Shown here piece by piece: positions 56,176-64,000 of a stretch of 64,000 nt of DNA. The stretch covers positions 25,271 through 89,270 of the forward strand of contig CAZAJD010000001.1 of the NCBI GenBank assembly GCA_964485375.1, read 5' to 3'. Within the stretch, counting starts at the first letter, position 1; every line of letters begins with the position of its first letter. Under the pieces are notes generated by a model, which worked only from the letters and a program-made list of their open reading frames with translations, was not told where the DNA came from and did not search any database. Source of the stretch: an uncultured Mycoplasmatales bacterium (lineage in GTDB: Bacteria; Bacillota_I; Bacilli_A; Mycoplasmatales; Mycoplasmataceae). The position numbers and the translations under genes are program-made.

Positions 56176-57366
56176 ATGGCAGTTCTTTCTTTCTTTATAG
56201 GAATATTAATTTTACTTTTTTTAATTACTTTACATGAATTTGGTCATTTTTTGGTAGCAAAATTATTTAAGGTTTATGTATATGAATTTTCAATTGGATT
56301 TGGTCCAAAACTTTTTTCTTGAAATGGAAAAGAAACTCAATATACTATTAGACTTATTCCTTTTGGCGGATATGTATATTTAGCATCTGATTTTATCGAT
56401 CCACCAAAAAATAAGGAGAATGTCGAAATTAATTCTAATCGATATTTAGAATCATTAAAAAGACCTAAACGTTTAATAATTGTTTTTGCTGGAATATTAA
56501 TGAATTTCACAATTGCAGTAGTTCTTTTTACTAGTATTTTTTCAATTATCGGATATGCGCCTAATCATATTTATGGATATGGAGCAAAATACGATACTGA
56601 TATTAATTCACCTAGTGCTTCTTTAGGATTAAGTAATATATCTGCATCTGATCCATATGTAATAACTAAATATTCATTTGTTCATTCTGATAGTAAGGCA
56701 ACTTTAGCTGACGCTGGCACTTTTACAACTATTAATACAAATCAAAATTTATTAAATTTTTATCAAACAGCTATTAAGTTTCAAGATGTTCTAGATATAA
56801 ATAAGGTAGATGCTCATGGTAGTAAATTAAATACTATCTATTTTAAATTTAAACAATATGATCATTTACATCAAAACTTAATGAGTTCTGAAATGACAAC
56901 ACCAGGGTATTTTTATTCATCTGATACAAAATACCAACAAAATGGACATTATCTAGTTGGTATGCATGCACCGGATTACTATTTTCCTTCTCATGCTTTT
57001 GGGTATAAATATGGTTGAAAGACTACTTTTACTGAATCGATTTCGATATTAAAAGGGTTAGGTAAATTATTGACTGGACAATGATCACAAATTTCAGGAC
57101 CTATTGGGTCAATCGAACAAACAAAAAATTATATTCAATCAGGTGCTCCATCATTCTTTTTATATGTGGCAACATTATCTGCTAATCTATTTGTTTTAAA
57201 CATTTTACCTATTCCACCTTTAGATGGATTTAAATTTAGTGAAATTTTTATTGAAATGTGTATTAGAAAAGAATTAAATAGCAGATTTAAACTATTTTTA
57301 TCCATTATGGGTGCTGTATTATTTTTAATTTTATTTATTGGATTAACTATTAAAGATTTATTATAA
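56176..57366 (+). CDS. rseP: Site-2 (M50) intramembrane zinc metalloprotease, RseP/RasP-like
   Basis: AGGAG upstream of ATG 56176; ORFs 56500- and 57166- are in frame via TGA. HEFGHF at the N-terminus; the C-terminal LNILPIPPLDG matches the NxxPxxxLDG motif. Confidence 0.8.
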
Positions 57367-57390
57367 CTTATATTAGAATTGAGATTAATT

Positions 57391-60300
57391 ATGAATCTAA
57401 AAACATTAACAGAACTTAATATTAAGACATTTAACAAAATCCAAAATTATACAATATTAAAATTTGAGGAAGTAAAATCTGAACATTTTATTTTACATAT
57501 TTTATTAGATGATTTTATGGATACTATTCTTTTACAAGAAATTTTAGAAGAAATGAAAAATTCAAATTTTAAAATAAATTTTAAAATAAGTATTAAAAAT
57601 CCAAAAATTAAATCACTAATTTTAAATAATTATATTAAATTTATTATTAGTCACTATCATAATTATTTTAAAAGTATTTATTTTACTAAAATCCTTGATT
57701 ATAAAAATATTTCATTTAAAAATAATATGCTTATTTTTTCTACTCAGATTAAAAATTCAGATATTGAAAGTGATTTTAAATTTTTATATAATCGTTTAAA
57801 AAATTTAGGAATAAATATTACTTTTAAAATAAAATATGAACCTATTGATTTAATTAGTAAAAATAATAATACTTCAGATTTTCAAGTTGTGAAGAAAAGC
57901 GATGAATTATCAGTAAAGACAATAAAAGAATTAAGAAAGAATCAAGTAGAATTTTTAAATAAAATCTGCCTTATAGAAGCAAAAGTTTTTGATATTAATA
58001 TTATTGTTTCTAAAAAAGCTAAAACATGACATATATATAGTGTTTATTTAACAGATTATACAGAATCAATTATTCTAAAATTACTTTCTCCTTTTCCAAT
58101 ATCACAAATCGAAAATCTTAAAGTTAATGATTGAATTAGAGTAAAAGCTAAATTTAAATTTGATAATTTTAGTCAAGATAATACTTTAAGCATTTTTGCC
58201 CAAAATATTAATCAGAATCTTAATTTAATAAAAAGTAAGGATGTCAAAAGATTCGACAATGCTAAAGAAAAAAGAATTGAATTGCATACACATACTAAGA
58301 TGTCAACAATGGATGGAATTGTATCAGCATCTCAATATATAAAAGAAGCATATGAATTTGGACATAGTGCAATTGCAATAACTGATTTAAATAATATTCA
58401 AGCATTCCCAGAGGCTCATAATTATTTATTAAAGAACCTCAAAGGAAAAGATTTTAAAATTATTTATGGATTAGAAGCAACTTTAATTGATAAATCTAGC
58501 AATATTGTCTATAATTCTAAAAATAAAGTGTTGCTAAATCAAAAATATGTTGTTTTTGATTTAGAAACCACTGGTTTGAGTCCTGAATATAATGAAATTA
58601 TTGAATTTGGTGCAGTTATTATTGATAGTAGCAATAATTTATTAGATAAAATAGATTTATTTATTAAACCTAGTAAACCAATTACAGATTTTACTACAAC
58701 TCTTACTGGTATAACTAATGAAATGTTAAATTCGAAAGGTATAGAAATAAGAATTGCCTTAGAAAAAATAAAAGCATTCATATCTGATTATACTCTTGTT
58801 GCTCATAACGGTATTTTTGATTTGTCATTCTTAAATTCTTGAATGAATAAAGTTGGACTTTCTAATCTTCAAAATACTTGCATTGATACTTTACCAATCT
58901 CAAGAATATTATGACCAAATTATAAAAATCATCGATTAGGATCATTAGCTAAAAAACAAGATATTCGGTATGATGAAATAATAGCCCATCGTGCAGACTA
59001 TGATGCTGATGTATTATCAAAATTATTTATTATTATTTTAAATAAATTGAAAGATATATCTACAGATACAGAACTTTCTCATTTGACTAATAAAATCATT
59101 TATGAAAAAAAATTCGGTAATCATGCAATAATTTTAGCTAAAAATAACACAGGATTAATAAATCTATTTAAATTAGTTTCAATCTCACATACTGAAAGTT
59201 TTTATTTATCACCAAAATTATTTAAGGAGCACTTAGAAAAAAATCGAGAAGGTCTTTTAATCGGCGCATCAGGATGCTATCAAGGTGAAATTTTTGAAAA
59301 TGCTATGTATCGTAGTGACGATGTTTTTCAAAAATCATTTTCTTTTTATGACTATATTGAAATCCATCCATTAGCAAATTATAGTCATTTAGTTTTGAAG
59401 GGAATAATTACTGAAGCAAATTTAATTTTAACAATTAATAGAATTATAAAAACAGCTAAAAAATTAAATATTTTATTAATTGCAAGTAGTGATTGTCGCT
59501 ATTTAGACAAAAATGATTATTCATCTCATGAGGTATTTATTTATTCTAAAAGAAAAGGTGGAAAAAGACACCCATTATTTGATTATAAAAATCGCATAGA
59601 TAAATATCCTGTATATAATTTTCGAAATACTACAGAAATGTTAGAGGAGTTTTCCTTTTTAAATAATCCAAATTTAGCAAATGCTTTAGTGATAAATAAT
59701 CCTAAGATACTTATAAAAAATATCCCTCAGTTATATCCTTTAAAAAATAAGTTATATACTCCTGTTATTGAAGATTCTTCTTCTAATTTAAAATCACTTT
59801 GTTATAAAAATGCAAGAGAAATATATGGTAAGGATCTACCTGAAATTGTAAAAAAGCGTCTTAATAAGGAATTGAATTCAATTATTAAATACGGTTTTTC
59901 TGTAGTTTATTGAATATCACATTTACTTGTTAAAAAATCTCGTGATGATGGTTATTTAGTTGGTTCTCGTGGTTCAGTAGGATCATCTCTAGTTGCAACA
60001 TTAGCAAATATTACTGAAGTAAATCCACTTCCACCACATTATATTTGTACTCAATGCAAGTTTTATCGATTTATCAATGATAAAAATATAAGATCTGGTT
60101 TTGATTTGCCAAATACTGAATGTTTAAATTGTGGAAGTATGCTTAAAGGAGAAGGGCATAATATTCCTTTCGAAACTTTCTTAGGATTTGAAGGCAATAA
60201 AGTTCCTGATATTGATTTAAATTTTTCTGGTGATTATCAAGCTATTGCACATAATTTTACAAAATCTATTTTTGGAGATATGCATGTTTTTCGTGCTGGA

Positions 60301-61671
60301 ACTATTTCAACAGTTGCATCTAAAACTGCTTTTGGTTATGTTAAGGCATATATAGAAGCAAAATATAATGATTTAGCATTATCATATGCAGAAATAAACA
60401 GACTTTCTAAAAAATGTGAAGGAGTAAAAAGAACTACAGGTCAACATCCCGGCGGAATAGTTGTAATTCCTAAGGAATATGATGTTAATTTTTTCACTCC
60501 TATAAATTATCCTGCTGATGACTTAAATTCTTCATGAAAAACAACACATTTTGATTTTCATGCTATACATGATAATGTTTTAAAATTAGATATTTTGGGT
60601 CATGATGATCCGACAGCATTAAAATTGTTAGAAAAATTCACAAATATTGATCCGATTACTATTCCAATGTACGATGAGAAAGTTATGAGTTTATTTACTT
60701 CAGTAAAGGAATTAAAATTTCTAGATTTAGATATTAGTAATGAAAAAAATGGTGCTGTTGGCTTACCAGAATTTGGAACAAAATTTGTGCGACAAATGTT
60801 AGAAGATACTAAACCTCAATCTTTTGCTGACTTAGTTCAAATTTCTGGACTTTCACATGGAACAAATGTTTGATTAGGTAATGCTAAAGAACTAATTAAT
60901 AATTCAGAAATTAAATTATCAGATCTGATCGGATGTCGAGATGATATTATGCTAAATTTAATATCTGAAGGATTAAATATAGAAGATGCTTTTGTAATAA
61001 TGGAGAGTGTTAGAAAAGGTAAAGGGTTAACTCAAGAACAAGAACTTCTAATGCATAATCATAAAATAAAAGACTGATATATTGAATCTTGTAAGAAGAT
61101 AAAATATATGTTTCCTAAAGCTCATGCAGTTGCATATGTAATTATGGCTTGAAGAATAGCTTGATATAAACTTTATTATCCATATGAATATTATGCAACC
61201 TTTTTTTCTACTAGAGCTAGTGTTTTTGATATTATAAATATAGTACAAGGATCTAAACATTTAAAAAAAACAATTAAAGAATTAGAAAAATCAATTGCTA
61301 ATAAAGAGAAAATTACTCAACGTGAAAAAGATCTTTTGCCTATTTATGAAGTAGCTTGTGAAATGTGAAATCGAGGAATAGAAATAACAAACGTTTCTTT
61401 AGAAAAATCTGATAGTAAATTATTTATAGTAACAACTATAGATAATAAAAAAGTTATAATTCCACCGTTTACTACTATTGATGGACTAGGTGAATCTGTT
61501 GCTGAAAATATTATTTTAGAAAGATCAAAATGTCCTAATAATCAATTTAATAGTATTGCTGATTTACAACAAAAAACTAAAATGAATAAAAATCATATTA
61601 ATTTTTTAAGAAAATATAATATTATTGATTCACTTCCTGAACAAAATCAAATGGACATATTTAACATTTAA
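57391..61671 (+). CDS. polC: DNA polymerase III alpha subunit, PolC type
   Basis: ATG 57391 (TTG 57379 is an alternative). Five track ORFs in frame 1 are joined by TGA; all junctions were read by hand with no TAA/TAG until 61669-61671. PHP domain [13 protein letters not shown], exonuclease [12 protein letters not shown], zinc module CTQC..CLNCG, and [14 protein letters not shown]. Confidence 0.95.
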
Positions 61672-61721
61672 ATTTTATTCAATTTTCTTTTAATGTAAAA
61701 TTATATTATAGGAGTGTTTTT

Positions 61722-62348
61722 ATGAAAAAATTTAATGTATATATATCTAGTTCACAAAAGGATCAAAAATTTAGAAAAAAAATTATTGATTTTAATAATG
61801 AAAATAAGATTTTTAATTTAATACAAAGATCAACTCAATTAGAACAAATTAATCCAAATATTAAGGATGTAGACATCATCCATACTCTTAATAAATTATC
61901 ATTTGAAATGTGTGATATTTTATTAGTACTTTCAACTAAAGAAAAACCTTATAAATATGATCGATATGATTGAGAGATTGCTGCTGGTTTAGAAAATAAA
62001 AAATTAAATGGTAAAAATATCGGTGTTTTAATTATTATTGATGATTATGATTCAGGGGATAGTCGCTCTGCTACTGATGATTCTGAAAAAATTTTATTCA
62101 AAGATTTTAATATTGTAGAAAAAGTTAATAATCATTGAAATCATATTTCACATAAGTATCCTACAGTACCTTCAAGACTAATAGATAATTTAGCAAGTTC
62201 AACTACTTTTATTAATGTAGCAATTTGAAAAGATATAAAGTCTGATTCTAAAAAATTAAAAGAATTATTACAGAAGGCACATGAAAATGCTAAAAACAAT
62301 AAATATATAAATAGTAAAGCCTTAAGACATACTAGAATTTTAAAATAA
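61722..62348 (+). CDS. TIR-like domain protein (DUF1863 / ThsB-like)
   Basis: AGGAG upstream of ATG 61722; three in-frame TGA; TAA 62346-62348. MKKFNVYISSSQKDQKF.. starts like TIR-like proteins (FISYS..D). ..CDILLVLSTKEKPYKYDRYDWEIAAGLENK..NIGVLIII.. resembles the DUF1863 block (S.V..VLIG..T..R.WV.YEI......IIGI.I), including the conserved Glu. Confidence 0.5.
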
Positions 62349-62362
62349 TTTTCTTATATTAT

Positions 62363-62391
62363 TTGACTTTTACACATAATAATAGTATTAT
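62363..62391 (+). promoter_or_regulatory. Near-consensus promoter upstream of nusA (TTGACT-N17-TATTAT)
   Basis: ttgact at 62363-62368, an exactly 17-nt spacer and tattat at 62386-62391. Confidence 0.5.
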
Positions 62392-62415
62392 TTAAATATT
62401 AAAAGAGATATTTTT

Positions 62416-62445
62416 AAAGAGCGCTTAATACCGCTCTTTATTTTA
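62416..62445 (+). terminator. GC-containing hairpin plus U tract between the promoter and the nusA start (terminator of the TIR-like gene and/or nusA leader attenuator)
   Basis: aaagagcg (62416-62423) / cgctcttt (62432-62439) with an 8-nt loop, followed by attttat. It is one of the few G+C-rich stems in the window. Confidence 0.55.
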
Positions 62446-62474
62446 TGGAAATTTTTTAAAAAAGTGAGGCAAAA

Positions 62475-64000
62475 ATGGAAAAATTAATGATATTGAACAT
62501 TATTAATTCAATTTGTAATGATAAAGGCATTGCAAAAAAACAAGTTATACAAATAATTAAGGATGCATTTGAAAAAGCATATTATAAAGTACATCCTGAT
62601 GCTAATGCTAAAGTACAAATTAATGAAGATACAGGAGAATTAAAATTTTACCGTATTTACAATATTGTAGAAAATATTGAAGATCCCGAAATTGAGATAA
62701 CGTTTTTAGAAGCTTCTGAAAATAAAACTTCATCAATAATTAATGATGAATTTTTAAAAGAAATCGATGCACAAAAATTTAGTAGATTTGCAGTTGCTCA
62801 AATTGGTCAAATTTTAAAACAACAAATTAAAGAAGCAGAGAAATCTTCTATTTATGAAGAATATAAGCATAATATTGATCAGCTTATGAGCGGAAAAATT
62901 ATTGTTAAAGAAGAAAACTATTATTTACTAGAAGTAGGTCGTACTTTTGCTTTTCTTTCAACTAAAAATATGATGCATAATGACAACTTTAAAATTGGGG
63001 ACGTAATCAATTTTTATGTTGAAAATATAATTGAAAAAACGCGTAATTCTGGTCAAATTCTTGCATCTCGTATCCATAAGAATTTTTTAGTTAAATTACT
63101 TGAACGAGAAGTACCTGAAATATTTCAAAAAATAGTTGAAGTTGTTGCTGTTTCACGTGATCCTGGAATTCGTTCTAAAGTCGCTGTTAAAAGTTTAGAT
63201 GAAAATATCGATCCAATAGGAGCATGTGTTGGGACTAAAGGTTCTAGAATTAAAAGAATTTCAGCTGAATTAAATAATGAAAAAATTGATATTTGTAGAT
63301 GATCTGAAGATTTTCAACAATATCTAAAAAATATCTTTTTACCTGTTGATGTAAAAAGAGTTGAAGTTGTTAAAACTGATGACATTAGTAATGAAGTGAA
63401 TATTTATGTACCTAATGATCAATTTTCATTAGCTATTGGAAAAAAAGGTAGTGTTATTAGACTATGTGCAACATTAATAAATTACAAAATTAATGTTATT
63501 AGTATAGATAAATCTACAGAATTTATTGAATTTCAAGATAAAGATTTAGATTTCTTAAATACTAAAGTAGAAAATAATTCTAATAAAATTCCTTTAAAAC
63601 CTTCTATCGATCTTAATATTAAAGAAAACATTAATTCTGAATCTAAAAATACTATTAATTTAGAACCAGAAGTTAAGAAAGATGTATCTAAAACTGAAGA
63701 AATTTCTAAACCAAAAAATATTCAAAAAGAAAAATTAGTTGAAAAAGAAATTGAAAAAGTAGTGGTAAAAGAAGAATTTATTCCTCTTAATTCAAATGAA
63801 AAACAAATTTATAAAAAATATAAAATTGAATTTTTTATTTTAAGTTCTAAAATAAAATTATTAAACAATAAAAAATATAATGATAATAAACGTGCTCAAA
63901 GAATTAAAAGTAACTATATAGATTTATATTATTGTTTAAATGATAAAAATATTAATGAAGTATCTAAAAAAATGTTAGTAGATATTATGAATACTATAAC
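62475..64000 (+). CDS. nusA: Transcription termination/antitermination factor NusA (3' end beyond the window)
   Basis: GTGAGG upstream of ATG 62475; the ORF continues through TGA 63300-63302 and stays open to base 64000 (read by hand). S1 domain (SGKIIVKEENYYLLEVG) and KH domains (DPIGACVGTKGSRIKRI, LAIGKKGSVIRL), followed by a long Lys/Glu-rich extension. Confidence 0.9.

Noticed and set aside
56500-57018. Possibility that the M50 protease lacks a PDZ domain
   Set aside because: The ~150-aa extracytoplasmic insert contains a degenerate PDZ-like stretch (INSPSASLGL..DPYVITKYSF). I cannot establish absence by eye, so it is not reported as a finding.
1-64000. Search for CRISPR arrays, IS elements, transposases, integrases, prophage, tRNA or rRNA genes
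   Set aside because: No regularly spaced direct repeats, no terminal inverted repeats flanking a DDE or serine/tyrosine recombinase-like ORF, and no G+C-rich cloverleaf-sized islands. The only structured-RNA-like islands are rnpB (35763-36149) and the riboswitch (27536-27672).

Overview
Very AT-rich chromosomal segment from a Mollicutes-type bacterium (Mycoplasma/Entomoplasma-like; the genus cannot be determined from the sequence alone). TGA is read as Trp (translation table 4). The supplied ORF track uses the standard code, so most genes are chopped at in-frame TGA. I re-joined the pieces by hand and checked ileS, polC, topA, cdsA, gapN and the ViaA-like gene codon by codon. About 60 CDS result, almost all on the + strand; only azoR, ppa and a decayed recU are on the - strand. 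Content is mostly core housekeeping:
- ravA/viaA-like pair, dimeric dUTPase, trmH-like, pheST, MATE transporter, rpmF.
- dcw remnant: rsmH, ftsA-like, ftsZ.
- ileS-lspA-rluD, dCMP deaminase-acpS, SSB paralogue, thyA-folA, plsC, scpAB, rluB.
- cmk-der-gpsA-hup, RNase P RNA, cinA-recA-rny, ffh-rpsP-rimM-trmD-rplS-rbgA-rnhB-topA.
- ABC exporter, gapN, rpsB-tsf-pyrH-frr-cdsA-rseP-polC, nusA.

No rRNA, tRNA, CRISPR array, transposase or integrase was seen.

The most interesting locus is 27.5-30.0 kb. It holds an AT-rich but recognisable cobalamin (B12) riboswitch, with the GUGAAAAUC loop, ACUGUAA, GGGAAG and a B12 box. The riboswitch is followed by a four-gene operon of uncharacterised proteins: two small signal-anchored proteins and two 6-TM proteins that look like ECF S-components. 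This is a candidate corrinoid uptake system in a minimal genome.

Other notable items:
- an orphan ThsB/DUF1863-type TIR-like gene between polC and nusA;
- a promoter plus terminator arrangement in the nusA leader;
- a rhomboid-like protein whose catalytic residues appear to be substituted;
- a recU gene broken by two in-frame TAG codons;
- a cinA/pncC-like gene whose only ATG is out of frame across a T8-A10 homopolymer;
- a tail-less SSB paralogue;
- a RavA-ViaA pair in an organism expected to lack their known respiratory clients.

All homology calls come from motif recognition by eye and from memory; no searches were run.
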